From Escherichia phage vB_EcoP_PE007: 64,000 bases of DNA. Of this stretch, positions 1-8,506 are shown piece after piece. Each line of letters opens with the position of its first letter. Positions within the stretch are counted from its first letter, which is position 1. The notes beneath the pieces were generated by a model. The model was not told where the DNA came from. It saw nothing but the letters and a program-made list of their open reading frames with translations, and ran no database searches. The position numbers were made by a program, and so were the translations under genes. The stretch lies in sequence record OQ938542.1; one strand, written 5' to 3'.

Positions 1-324
1 ATGACTACTCAAGCTACTGTACGTATGACCGCAGGAACTTTACTTGGTACTGTTAACTCAGCTGCTACTACTGTTGCAGATACATTCGGTACAGCAACTA
101 AAGCAGTAGGTATGCTTAATTCATATGTTAGTACTATGGCAGAGAAACAAGCCATTCGTACTAAATTAGAAATGCATACATTCGTTAATAAACTGGCAGA
201 GGAAACAGCTATGACTGAGACTCTGCGTAAGAAAAGTATCGAGGAATTCTGCAAGGATTCAGAGAACGCTCGTATCTATAACGCAGAATATTCAAAAGTA
301 ATTGACATCCTGACTAAAGACTAA
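1..324 (+). CDS. hypothetical early protein (may be 5'-partial at window edge)
   Basis: ORF from window position 1, 107 aa; followed by hairpin terminator. Confidence 0.4.
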   Translation: MTTQATVRMTAGTLLGTVNSAATTVADTFGTATKAVGMLNSYVSTMAEKQAIRTKLEMHTFVNKLAEETAMTETLRKKSIEEFCKDSENARIYNAEYSKVIDILTKD

Positions 325-332
325 GTCACCTA

Positions 333-358
333 GGAGGCTCTTCGGAGTCTCCTTTTAT
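333..358 (+). terminator. intrinsic terminator
   Basis: 8-bp GC-rich stem (ggaggctc/gagtctcc, one G-U) with ttcg loop then T-run. Confidence 0.6.
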
Positions 359-412
359 AAACATTAGATAGATAGTCAAAAGTAGATAACTATTCTACTT
401 TGGAGATAGATA

Positions 413-751
413 ATGACTAAGTACATTTGCATAAAATCATTAACTAAAGATGTTCCTGTAGGAACAGAACTAGTAGGAAGATTCCACTCACCAGGAAGAT
501 TCATTCTTACCGAAGATAGTAAATTAAAGTGTGTATCAGGAATAGGACCACGTTGGTACAAAGATGACCAACTACCTCTTCTAGGTGCTTTATGGGTATG
601 GCAATGCCAAGACCCTATTAAAGCTTTAGAACGCTATGAGAAAGCTGTTCGTGCCCATGAAATGCTTGGTGCTCAAGACCCAGAAGATTGGCCTGGAATT
701 GAGAAAGAGTATGAATCTGCTAAGGCAGAATTGCTTAAACATTTGTATTAA
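413..751 (+). CDS. hypothetical early protein
   Basis: 112-aa ORF, GGAG RBS upstream of ATG. Confidence 0.5.
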   Translation: MTKYICIKSLTKDVPVGTELVGRFHSPGRFILTEDSKLKCVSGIGPRWYKDDQLPLLGALWVWQCQDPIKALERYEKAVRAHEMLGAQDPEDWPGIEKEYESAKAELLKHLY

Positions 752-756
752 AAACC

Positions 757-773
757 AGGAAGCTCCGCTTCTA
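757..773 (+). promoter_or_regulatory. candidate virion-RNAP early promoter hairpin (stem gaagc/gcttc, loop tcc)
   Basis: 5-6 bp stem with 3-nt loop, preceded by aaaacca, ~30 nt upstream of next ORF; architecture known for N4 vRNAP promoters. Confidence 0.5.
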
Positions 774-805
774 TTGGGTATCATTTAACTATTGGAGATT
801 AAGCT

Positions 806-1012
806 ATGCGTATTCAAACTTCCTTATTTGCAAACAAGAGTAACAATGGTGGATTGTTAGGTAAGATGAATGCTCAATGGAATCTATGGTTCTCAGAGAT
901 TACTAACGTAATAGAAAGACAGCACTATGTTGCTTGTCACACATTCCCTGTTAAACCTACCAAGAAACAAATCCGTAAATTACGTAGAGAGTTTCGCAAA
1001 GAAGCAATCTAA
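806..1012 (+). CDS. small early protein, basic C-terminus; paralog of 1664-1849
   Basis: 68-aa ORF with RBS; shares C-terminal KPT[KR]KQIRKL motif with ORF 1664-1849. Confidence 0.5.
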   Translation: MRIQTSLFANKSNNGGLLGKMNAQWNLWFSEITNVIERQHYVACHTFPVKPTKKQIRKLRREFRKEAI

Positions 1013-1016
1013 AACC

Positions 1017-1033
1017 AAGACGCTCCGCGTCTT
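1017..1033 (+). promoter_or_regulatory. candidate virion-RNAP early promoter hairpin (stem aagacgc/gcgtctt, loop tcc)
   Basis: 7-bp stem, 3-nt loop, same aaaacca upstream motif as hairpin at 757. Confidence 0.5.
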
Positions 1034-1139
1034 ATGGATGATGTAAATGCATCCACTAATCATTGAACTTTTATCCCTTTGTTTGGGTGTTCTCACCGAC
1101 GAGTTCACCCGTAAATCACATAAATCTGGAGAGTACAAA

Positions 1140-1520
1140 ATGTCTATTCAAAAATTCACTTTCGGTCAATCTAACGCTGCTGCTACCACTGCTAAAGCTG
1201 ATAAACCAAAAGCTCAGTTCTGGCTGAACATTGGTTATGTAGCTAATGAAGGCTCTGATGATGAGAAATTCATCTCACTGCCTACTGGTATTCCACTGGA
1301 TACTCAGGAACCGCTGCCTACTAATAGCAGCAATGCTGACTTCCGTGCTATGCGTTGTGCACAGAATGACTTGCTGGAACAGTTAATCGCTTATGCTCAG
1401 AACCTGGAACCAGGTGAAGAAGGTATCATTAACCTGCAAGTTCAACTTCGTCGTGTGAAAGCAGAGGCTGCTGACATCCCAGCAGACGAGAATAAATATG
1501 CTCGTAAACTGACTTTCTAA
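1140..1520 (+). CDS. hypothetical early protein
   Basis: ATG at 1140 with GGAGA RBS (in frame with longer ORF from 1047); 126 aa. Confidence 0.5.
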   Translation: MSIQKFTFGQSNAAATTAKADKPKAQFWLNIGYVANEGSDDEKFISLPTGIPLDTQEPLPTNSSNADFRAMRCAQNDLLEQLIAYAQNLEPGEEGIINLQVQLRRVKAEAADIPADENKYARKLTF

Positions 1521-1529
1521 TCAACCAAT

Positions 1530-1558
1530 AGACTCCCTTCGGGGAGTCTTTTATTTTT
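1530..1558 (+). terminator. intrinsic terminator
   Basis: agactccc-ttcg-gggagtct stem-loop followed by tttatttttt. Confidence 0.7.
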
Positions 1559-1663
1559 AACTAGACGATAAGCTATTTCTACTTTTTGAGTATCTTTAGA
1601 CGAAGGGTACTGAAACAGTAACCAGATAAATATAGATTTATATTAGATGAAGGAGTAACCATT

Positions 1664-1849
1664 ATGCGTACATTATGTAGCCGTTATAACTCGCAGAAGA
1701 TGATTAATATGTTACAACCTTGGGGCAGTAAGATGACACTGAACGCACGTTGGCAGGTATCTGTAAAAGATGAAAATGGTCAGTGTTATGACCACTTCTT
1801 TGTAGCTAAACCTACTCGTAAACAAATCCGTAAACTTCATAAGGCATAA
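1664..1849 (+). CDS. small early protein; paralog of 806-1012
   Basis: 61-aa ORF, AGGAG RBS; conserved C-terminal KPTRKQIRKL. Confidence 0.5.
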   Translation: MRTLCSRYNSQKMINMLQPWGSKMTLNARWQVSVKDENGQCYDHFFVAKPTRKQIRKLHKA

Positions 1850-1853
1850 GACT

Positions 1854-2072
1854 ATGTTGGACTTCATTGCGTTTGTAATACTCTGCTATGTGCTATATCG
1901 CCTACGTGGTTACATTCTCAATGGAGCCAAGTGGGTAGTTACTAAGCTAGTACTTATCCGTAAGTTACCAGTTGTATTCATTAAGTGTCTGTTTGCTTCC
2001 ATCATAGCCAAAGAAGTTCGTAAGCAGCTATGGGCTAAGGAAGCTGAAGAGTTTGCTAAGAGGAACCAGTGA
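1854..2072 (+). CDS. hypothetical protein
   Basis: 72-aa ORF immediately after previous stop. Confidence 0.4.
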   Translation: MLDFIAFVILCYVLYRLRGYILNGAKWVVTKLVLIRKLPVVFIKCLFASIIAKEVRKQLWAKEAEEFAKRNQ

Positions 2073-2251
2073 TATTCACTAACATAGAAGATGCCATTGA
2101 AGAATGTATCTTTCGTAGGTATCACACTGGTGTACAGAAACGACACTATGGTGTTGTACAACTCAATGGCTATCAAATGGTTGTAAGAATTGTACGTAAC
2201 AATAAACCTTTTAACTTTATGTGGAGTACTAAATCATGCGTAAATCATTAA
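2069..2251 (+). CDS. hypothetical protein (GTG start)
   Basis: 60-aa ORF filling gap, GAGGA upstream. Confidence 0.3.
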   Translation: MIFTNIEDAIEECIFRRYHTGVQKRHYGVVQLNGYQMVVRIVRNNKPFNFMWSTKSCVNH

Positions 2252-2364
2252 TCATGGGAACCAGAGAAGACGTGCAAAAGATGAAAGAACGTCTGGTTGC
2301 TAAGAAACAGTCGTCTGAACCAGTACGTAAGATTGTTACCTTCAACCATTCATGTATCAAGTAA
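2236..2364 (+). CDS. small hypothetical protein
   Basis: 42-aa ORF not in track, ends just before terminator. Confidence 0.25.
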   Translation: MRKSLIMGTREDVQKMKERLVAKKQSSEPVRKIVTFNHSCIK

Positions 2365-2368
2365 CTAG

Positions 2369-2399
2369 GAGTCCTCCATTAGGAGGGCTTCTATTTTTT
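2369..2399 (+). terminator. intrinsic terminator
   Basis: cctcc-atta-ggagg stem-loop plus T-run. Confidence 0.6.
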
Positions 2400-2442
2400 A
2401 TTCCTGAATAGTTAGATATGTATTTGAATAGGAGAAATAACC

Positions 2443-2751
2443 TTGAATGAAATTGTTTGTATACTTCCTCATTCAGCTAAGATAGCCGACCGGAATATAC
2501 GTATTCACCTACCATTCCCATTAAGTAATCCATTCACTCGTAATGAAAGAACCACAGTAGAAGATGTAGAGGTAGCTTATGAGGCTTATCTTCGTAATCG
2601 TCTTATTAGTGGTGACAAGTTAATTACAGCAGAGATGGAAAGGATTGCATCCTTTGTAACAGATAGTACAGGTAAGCCTGTTGGCTTAATCGGTACTGAA
2701 TCTGATGTGAATGTTATTCGTAAAATATTAATGGAGGTATTAAATGGCTAA
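2443..2751 (+). CDS. hypothetical protein (TTG start)
   Basis: 102-aa ORF; AGGAG 8 nt upstream of TTG. Confidence 0.45.
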   Translation: MNEIVCILPHSAKIADRNIRIHLPFPLSNPFTRNERTTVEDVEVAYEAYLRNRLISGDKLITAEMERIASFVTDSTGKPVGLIGTESDVNVIRKILMEVLNG

Positions 2752-2974
2752 ATATAAAGTAATACGTTTTGCAGATAATAAACGTGGCATTGGTGCAGAA
2801 GTAGAGAAGAAAACATTCTTTGGAACCAGCACATGGGTGAAGATTGCTACACCTGGTTACGATGAATGCTTTGACAAATGGGTTAATAAAGCAACGGGTA
2901 AATCTGGGTATGCTGATATTTGCATGTCACAGCTTAATGACTTCTATACTGCCAATCACATTACTAAGGAGTAA
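2744..2974 (+). CDS. hypothetical protein
   Basis: 76-aa ORF with GGAGG RBS. Confidence 0.5.
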   Translation: MAKYKVIRFADNKRGIGAEVEKKTFFGTSTWVKIATPGYDECFDKWVNKATGKSGYADICMSQLNDFYTANHITKE

Positions 2975-2979
2975 ACAAA

Positions 2980-3201
2980 ATGTTGTTCAGCACTAATTAT
3001 GGAATCTGCCCAATCTGTAAGAAAGGAAGAGGAGTTGCTAATCATAAGAAGTGTAGTCGTATCCTACAGAAACAACGGAACCAGAAAGAATGGGATAGGA
3101 TATTGGAAAACCAACACAAAGATGAGTTCAAGAAGACGGCTGTTAAGGCATCTACTCAGCTCATTCGTCGTACTAACTTCATAGAAGGTTATCAGAGATG
3201 A
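2980..3201 (+). CDS. small basic Cys-containing protein (possible zinc ribbon)
   Basis: 73 aa; CPICKK...KKCSR motif; RBS present. Confidence 0.45.
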   Translation: MLFSTNYGICPICKKGRGVANHKKCSRILQKQRNQKEWDRILENQHKDEFKKTAVKASTQLIRRTNFIEGYQR

Positions 3202-3554
3202 AACTAATAGTGGCTGGTGGAAGAGACTTCGTAAATACCCAAGTAATGATTACAGTATTAATGGATTTAGTGGAGAAGGGTAAGATTGACCCTAATCCAG
3301 AATTAGTATGTGGTATGGCTCGTGGAGCAGATATATTAGCTTTCCGACTATGGAAATCTGCAAATATGCAGATACATGTATTCCCTGCTGAATGGGATAC
3401 CTATGGTAAATCTGCTGGATTCCGAAGGAATAAAGAAATGGGTGAGTTTGCAGATGCTGCTGTATGTTTCTGGGATGGTAAATCCAAAGGAACCAAGCAC
3501 ATGATTGATATCATGAATAGACTTAATAAACCTGTATATGTTGTGAGGTACTAA
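3198..3554 (+). CDS. SLOG-superfamily protein (DUF2493-like)
   Basis: 118 aa; GGRDF...GMARGADILAFRLW...AGFRRN...FWDGKSKGT pattern recalled for DUF2493/DprA-LOG-like Rossmann fold. Confidence 0.5.
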   Translation: MKLIVAGGRDFVNTQVMITVLMDLVEKGKIDPNPELVCGMARGADILAFRLWKSANMQIHVFPAEWDTYGKSAGFRRNKEMGEFADAAVCFWDGKSKGTKHMIDIMNRLNKPVYVVRY

Positions 3555-3809
3555 ATGATTATTACATATCCTACGGGTAAAACTGTGGAATATATGAAGC
3601 ATACAATTCAAGTGCCTCATTGGGTTAAGTATATAGCATTACTACCTCGCCAATATAAGAGTGCTAATACCTCACTAATAGGATTCTCTAAGAAGCCTAA
3701 GCTAACAGAAAACAATATCTGGGTATCCTCTGGAAGACAAGAAGAGATTGGTTTTTGTGATTTGAGTATTGTCGATAATAACATCTATGGGACATTGAGA
3801 AAGGTATGA
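3555..3809 (+). CDS. hypothetical protein
   Basis: 84-aa ORF. Confidence 0.45.
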   Translation: MIITYPTGKTVEYMKHTIQVPHWVKYIALLPRQYKSANTSLIGFSKKPKLTENNIWVSSGRQEEIGFCDLSIVDNNIYGTLRKV

Positions 3810-4120
3810 AAACTATTCTAATAGTACATGATTCTACATTTACTGATGTAGATAAGATGATGCGTAATATTGATTATGTATCTCAGACAAGCCAAGCATT
3901 CAATGAAGAGTTTACTCTGTACTGTAATGCTGAATCTCCGCTGGTTCCTATCCTTAAGGAATCAGGTCTACCATTCTCTACAGAGAACTTCCCGGAAGAA
4001 CCAGACTATGTAATTTCATTTATCTATGACTTACATGATGGCTCTGAAACTAGTGAACTAGCTATGAACCAGTGGCGTAGTAAACGTCCTGTGTTTGCAT
4101 TTCAGGTACTTAAACCATGA
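3806..4120 (+). CDS. hypothetical protein
   Basis: 104-aa ORF, start overlaps previous stop. Confidence 0.5.
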   Translation: MKTILIVHDSTFTDVDKMMRNIDYVSQTSQAFNEEFTLYCNAESPLVPILKESGLPFSTENFPEEPDYVISFIYDLHDGSETSELAMNQWRSKRPVFAFQVLKP

Positions 4121-4500
4121 AGATTATGTCATTAGGTGACGACACCAATGCTTTACTAGGTGTATCTGCACGTCCAATCATCATTGTTAATAAACATCAC
4201 GGTAAATCTGGTGAGTATATTGGGCGTGGCTCACCATTAGGCAATCCATTTGTCATTGGTAAAGACGGTTCGAGAGAACAGGTTATAGCCAAATATCGAG
4301 TATGGCTTAATGAACAAATTATGAGAAAGAATCCAGTTGTACTGGATGAACTTAATCGTCTTGGTAATAAAGCCATTGACGAGAAAGGATTAGCCTTACA
4401 GTGCTTCTGTTATCCGAAACCATGTCATGGCGAGGTTATTAAAGAGAAGCTAGTGAAAGCTATGTATAACTATTTTGTGGAGAATCCCAATGGCATTTAG
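4117..4500 (+). CDS. DUF4326-like protein
   Basis: 127 aa; GSPLGNPF...YRVWL...CFCYPKPCHGEV pattern recalled for DUF4326. Confidence 0.4.
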   Translation: MKIMSLGDDTNALLGVSARPIIIVNKHHGKSGEYIGRGSPLGNPFVIGKDGSREQVIAKYRVWLNEQIMRKNPVVLDELNRLGNKAIDEKGLALQCFCYPKPCHGEVIKEKLVKAMYNYFVENPNGI

Positions 4501-4873
4501 TGATATTAACCATCCAGCTTTATGGGGTATTTTACATATCCCAAGTAATAAGTTATTGCGTCAATATCCTAAAGGGTATGGGCATACTCAATTAGACGTT
4601 GAAGATCCAGTTAATCATGAAAGACGCAAACGTGGTATTAATTTACCACCTCGTCTGTTCACTGATGAAGATACAGCTAAAAGGGCATTAACTAGTTGGT
4701 TAGCTGGTTCCTGGAAAACTGAATTAGAGTATGAATCAACTGACGAATATGGTAGTGGGTTCTATTATAGGGATGTACCATCACCCCATAAAAAGGCAAA
4801 TCGTATTAAAGAGGATATGAAAGTAGTTCCTGTTTATCTATATACAGATGCAAAAGAGGAACTATATGTCTAA
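4490..4873 (+). CDS. hypothetical protein
   Basis: ATG at 4490 inside ORF 4475-4873; 127 aa. Confidence 0.45.
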   Translation: MAFSDINHPALWGILHIPSNKLLRQYPKGYGHTQLDVEDPVNHERRKRGINLPPRLFTDEDTAKRALTSWLAGSWKTELEYESTDEYGSGFYYRDVPSPHKKANRIKEDMKVVPVYLYTDAKEELYV

Positions 4874-5051
4874 ACAATGCAAATGTGGTAAAGGCCATGT
4901 ATCCCAGTGGGATGGTAAATGTGGCCATTGCCGAACCAAGAAAGAGCAACGTGACCATGAATATGCTCTTACTTACTTAGAATTAACCAGAGCCAACAAC
5001 AATATGACCACACACGATGCTTATATTTATAACAGAGAGGCATGTAAATGA
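4848..5051 (+). CDS. small Cys-rich protein (CxC...CxxC)
   Basis: 67 aa; CKCGKGH...CGHC suggests zinc binding. Confidence 0.45.
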   Translation: MQKRNYMSKQCKCGKGHVSQWDGKCGHCRTKKEQRDHEYALTYLELTRANNNMTTHDAYIYNREACK

Positions 5052-5398
5052 AAGAAATCTTAGTATTCACTACCAATGTACTTGGGCAGCATATCAATGC
5101 TGCTGCCAAATTAGCATATAAGAAGCATGGTGCTCGCTGGGGTATGGCCTATGGTCATTATGGTAATAGCTTTGCCATTCCAGTAAAGGATGGTTATGGT
5201 AACCGGATTAAAGAGGGTACTATCTATGGCTTCATTGAAGGTTTCATTGCCTATGCATCTTCTAATCCACAATGGGATTTCAAAGTTATGAGTAATGACT
5301 ATCTGGACCCATACCAATTCATTAACGTAACTGGAAATGTACTGTTACCAGAAGCATGGCGTAAACACTTAGGCGATGCTTACAACTACTGGAGTTAA
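5048..5398 (+). CDS. hypothetical protein
   Basis: 116-aa ORF, start overlaps previous stop. Confidence 0.5.
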   Translation: MKEILVFTTNVLGQHINAAAKLAYKKHGARWGMAYGHYGNSFAIPVKDGYGNRIKEGTIYGFIEGFIAYASSNPQWDFKVMSNDYLDPYQFINVTGNVLLPEAWRKHLGDAYNYWS

Positions 5399-5400
5399 TA

Positions 5401-5661
5401 ATGACTTATGAAGAATTATGGTCTGCTCAAGTCAGAGCCAGAGCACTTACACGACACGATATCTATTGTGCATTACAGAACGAATTAAAGAGTCGTACTA
5501 AGCTGGGTCACATATCTGGTTTAGTTAAAATACCTATGACTAGCCTAGTATGGCCTTATCAGAAGAAAAATAATGAATTTAATGGTAATGGATTGCATGT
5601 ACGCATCGACTACATCGGTAATGAAAATAGTATTCGTATTACCTTTTGGACTAAGCGTTAG
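5401..5661 (+). CDS. hypothetical protein
   Basis: 86-aa ORF. Confidence 0.5.
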   Translation: MTYEELWSAQVRARALTRHDIYCALQNELKSRTKLGHISGLVKIPMTSLVWPYQKKNNEFNGNGLHVRIDYIGNENSIRITFWTKR

Positions 5662-5666
5662 GTAAT

Positions 5667-5681
5667 AGCTGCTCCGCAGCT
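5667..5681 (+). promoter_or_regulatory. candidate virion-RNAP early promoter hairpin (stem agctgc/gcagct, loop tcc)
   Basis: 6-bp stem, 3-nt tcc loop, 13 nt upstream of next ORF. Confidence 0.45.
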
Positions 5682-5693
5682 TAAGGATATGAA

Positions 5694-5927
5694 ATGTCAG
5701 TATCAATTCAGCAGATCATAGCTAAGAAACATAAACATAAATGGGGTAATTATCCAAAGATTAAAGAAGCAGTTAAAGGGGCATATGAAAGCCCTAATAA
5801 TTGGTGTGAAGTAGAATTATCCTTCCCGTGGGCATGGAGACATAACTTCCATGGAAACTACATAAGAATGTATTACCGATGTGCTAGTGAGCATAAAACC
5901 AGGTCTCTAATAGCAAGTATTGTTTAA
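5694..5927 (+). CDS. hypothetical protein
   Basis: 77-aa ORF. Confidence 0.45.
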   Translation: MSVSIQQIIAKKHKHKWGNYPKIKEAVKGAYESPNNWCEVELSFPWAWRHNFHGNYIRMYYRCASEHKTRSLIASIV

Positions 5928-5947
5928 ATTAATTAGGAGAATAAGCG

Positions 5948-6766
5948 ATGTACTCATCAATTGAACATCAGAAGCAACTCGAAAAACTATTCAATAAAAA
6001 TCAGCTCTTGCCTCGCATGAGGAAGGAATTCGAGGACTCCGAAGAAATTGACTTTAAGGCATTCGCTGCCTATTTAGAAATTGATTATAAGCTGCTCATT
6101 GATGCAATGGTGCAGATTGCCTTACATAAACGTGCTGACATCCAGACTATGATTGGCTCTCTCATGAGTCACTCAGATGACGCTCAGTACATCGCTGACT
6201 GTCTGTATAAGATGGCAGAGAATGACTGCTTCAACTATGACCCTACCATCGACAAGTTCGGTGTTATTTATGAGATTAGTGAAGATGTACAGATGGAACT
6301 GGAGGCATTCCAGTATCCTTTGCCTATCGTAAGTGCTCCTAAGCCTGTTAAGTGTAATCGTGATACTGGTTACTACGAAAGCAGGGGTAGCATCATTCTC
6401 AAGAAGAACCATCATGAAATGGATGTCTGTCTTGACCACATCAACCGTATGAATAACCAACGTCTCTGTATTAACTGGGACGTTGCTAACTATGTAAAAG
6501 ACTCTCGTCCTAACATGGATAAACCCAAAGAAGGTGAAACCCGTCAGGACTATGAGAAACGTGTTAAAGCCTTTGAGAAGTACAGCCGTACAGCTAAGGA
6601 AGTAATGGAGTTAGTGACCAAAGAAGGTAATAACTTCTCCTTGGCTCACAAATATGACAAACGTGGGCGTACATATGCCTGTGGCTACCACATCAATTTT
6701 CAGGGAACCAGCTACAACAAAGCTGTACTTGAGTTCGCTGATAAGGAGTTAGTAAATGAAGACTAA
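5948..6766 (+). CDS. RNA polymerase II small subunit-like (N4 gp15-like)
   Basis: 272 aa immediately upstream of a T7-like RNAP catalytic fragment; size and position as in N4. Confidence 0.5.
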   Translation: MYSSIEHQKQLEKLFNKNQLLPRMRKEFEDSEEIDFKAFAAYLEIDYKLLIDAMVQIALHKRADIQTMIGSLMSHSDDAQYIADCLYKMAENDCFNYDPTIDKFGVIYEISEDVQMELEAFQYPLPIVSAPKPVKCNRDTGYYESRGSIILKKNHHEMDVCLDHINRMNNQRLCINWDVANYVKDSRPNMDKPKEGETRQDYEKRVKAFEKYSRTAKEVMELVTKEGNNFSLAHKYDKRGRTYACGYHINFQGTSYNKAVLEFADKELVNED

Positions 6767-6917
6767 CATTGGATCCTATGAGCTATGGGTTAATGAAGAG
6801 TGTATCTACTCAGGTACATATGTGAAGTGCTTATACTTTGAGAAGCTTTACAAGCTTCAAAACCCTGAGAGTAAAACCATTATTTATAAACTATCTGCCG
6901 ACGTAGTAACTGGCTAA
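6756..6917 (+). CDS. small hypothetical protein
   Basis: 54-aa ORF not in track, between the two RNAPII genes. Confidence 0.3.
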   Translation: MKTNIGSYELWVNEECIYSGTYVKCLYFEKLYKLQNPESKTIIYKLSADVVTG

Positions 6918-6974
6918 TCCATCCAATAAGCAGGCTCTCCATAGTGGGGAGCCAAGAAGCAAAAGGAACATAAA

Positions 6975-8192
6975 ATGCAACTGTTAACCGCTCGTGAATA
7001 CCTGAAAGTAGATATTGCTAATAACTATGGCTTAGATAAGAAGACATGGGATGAGCGTATTGCCTGGTTCGATGAGAACGAAGCTAACCTGCTTAATCTG
7101 GTAGATGAGGCAGAGGATTCCGCTCTGTTCTTTGCAGGTATAAACGCATGGAAAGACATGAAAGCAGGTAAGCCTATCGGTTATGCCGTAGCTCTGGATG
7201 CTACATCATCTGGCTTGCAGTTACTGGCCTGCCTGACTGGTGACCGTTCTGCTGCTGAACTGTGTAATGTAGTTAACTACATGGGAGAGAATGGTAAGCC
7301 ATTACGTCGTGATGCTTATACAGTTATCTATCACAAGATGCTGGACATCCTTGGTGAAGCATCACGTATTAAACGTAGTGACACTAAGCAGGCAGTTATG
7401 ACTGCATTCTACGGCTCAGAAGCCAAGCCTAAAGAAGTATTCGGTGAAGGTATTCGTCTCAAGACTTTTGAGAATGTAATGGAAACTGTTGCTAGTGGTC
7501 CTTGGGCATTGAACAAGTTCTTACTGCAATGTGGTAATCCAGATGCCAACCGTTACATATGGATACTTCCTGACAACTTCCATGCTGTCATTAAGGTCAT
7601 GGTTCCAGAAGTACAGACTGTTAACTTCTTAGGCAAACCGTTCGACATTACTCGTATGGTTCAGGGTACTGAAGAGAAGACTCGTATGCTCTCTGCTAAC
7701 ATCACCCACTCTATTGATGGAATGGTGGTACGTGAGATGCTACGTCGTTGTAACTTCGACATGAACCAGGTGGGCTATATTAAGTCCCTTTGCGAGGGAA
7801 CAGGTGATTACATGGTTGGATCTGATGATAACTATGAAATGGTTAATACACTGTGGACTAGTTATGAGAAATCAGGCTTCCTGTCTACTCGTATCTTTGA
7901 CTATCTGGATTCAGAAACCATTGCATTGGTTGATACAGATGTAATCCTGGCTATGCTCAACACTATGCCTAAGAAACCATTCCCTGTAATGACTGTACAT
8001 GACTGCTTCCGTTGCCATCCTAACTACGGTAATGACCTGCGTCGTCAATACAATCAGATCTTGTCTGACATTGCTAAGAGTGACTTACTGGGCTTCATTC
8101 TGTCTCAGGTACTGGGACAAGAGTTCTCTGCTGGTAAGCTGGATGACAGCCTCTGGCAGGACATCCTTGAAACAGACTATGCGTTGAGTTAA
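6975..8192 (+). CDS. RNA polymerase II large subunit-like, T7-like single-subunit RNAP catalytic fragment (N4 gp16-like)
   Basis: 405 aa; DATSSGLQLLA resembles T7 RNAP motif A (DGSCSGIQH) and MTVHDCF resembles motif C (HDSFG). Confidence 0.65.
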   Translation: MQLLTAREYLKVDIANNYGLDKKTWDERIAWFDENEANLLNLVDEAEDSALFFAGINAWKDMKAGKPIGYAVALDATSSGLQLLACLTGDRSAAELCNVVNYMGENGKPLRRDAYTVIYHKMLDILGEASRIKRSDTKQAVMTAFYGSEAKPKEVFGEGIRLKTFENVMETVASGPWALNKFLLQCGNPDANRYIWILPDNFHAVIKVMVPEVQTVNFLGKPFDITRMVQGTEEKTRMLSANITHSIDGMVVREMLRRCNFDMNQVGYIKSLCEGTGDYMVGSDDNYEMVNTLWTSYEKSGFLSTRIFDYLDSETIALVDTDVILAMLNTMPKKPFPVMTVHDCFRCHPNYGNDLRRQYNQILSDIAKSDLLGFILSQVLGQEFSAGKLDDSLWQDILETDYALS

Positions 8193-8199
8193 TAAACTA

Positions 8200-8232
8200 G
8201 CCTCATTCCTTCGGGAGTGAGGCCTATTTTTT
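8200..8232 (+). terminator. intrinsic terminator
   Basis: 10-bp stem gcctcattcc/ggagtgaggc, ttcg loop, ctatttttt. Confidence 0.7.
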
Positions 8233-8249
8233 GCTTGGAGGTAACAACT

Positions 8250-8432
8250 ATGCTAATCCCTTTTGAAGTAATCTTTCAGCTAATACTGATAGTTTTATCT
8301 GTACTGGTTCTGTCTACAATAGTTCATGCCCACAAATCTAAGTTTGCTTATTACTACTATGGAGCATATTCACTAGGCTGCTTTGTAATGGCAGGATGGA
8401 TAGCTTTTGCTATCTACTGTGTAAACAACTAA
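8250..8432 (+). CDS. small hydrophobic membrane protein
   Basis: ATG at 8250 with GGAGG RBS; 60 aa mostly hydrophobic. Confidence 0.45.
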   Translation: MLIPFEVIFQLILIVLSVLVLSTIVHAHKSKFAYYYYGAYSLGCFVMAGWIAFAIYCVNN

Positions 8433-8459
8433 CCCTCCTAACGGAGGGTTTATTTTTTT
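8431..8459 (+). terminator. intrinsic terminator
   Basis: ccctcc-taac-ggaggg plus 9-T run. Confidence 0.7.
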
Positions 8460-8506
8460 ACATGTCATGTATACTAACTCTGCTATTTACTTATGAGGAA
8501 ATTGAT

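Noticed and set aside
1047-1139. Longer start at 1047 for the 1140-1520 gene
   Set aside because: No RBS before 1047 and the extension is hydrophobic junk; ATG 1140 has a GGAGA RBS. Not excluded if the transcript is leaderless from the hairpin promoter.
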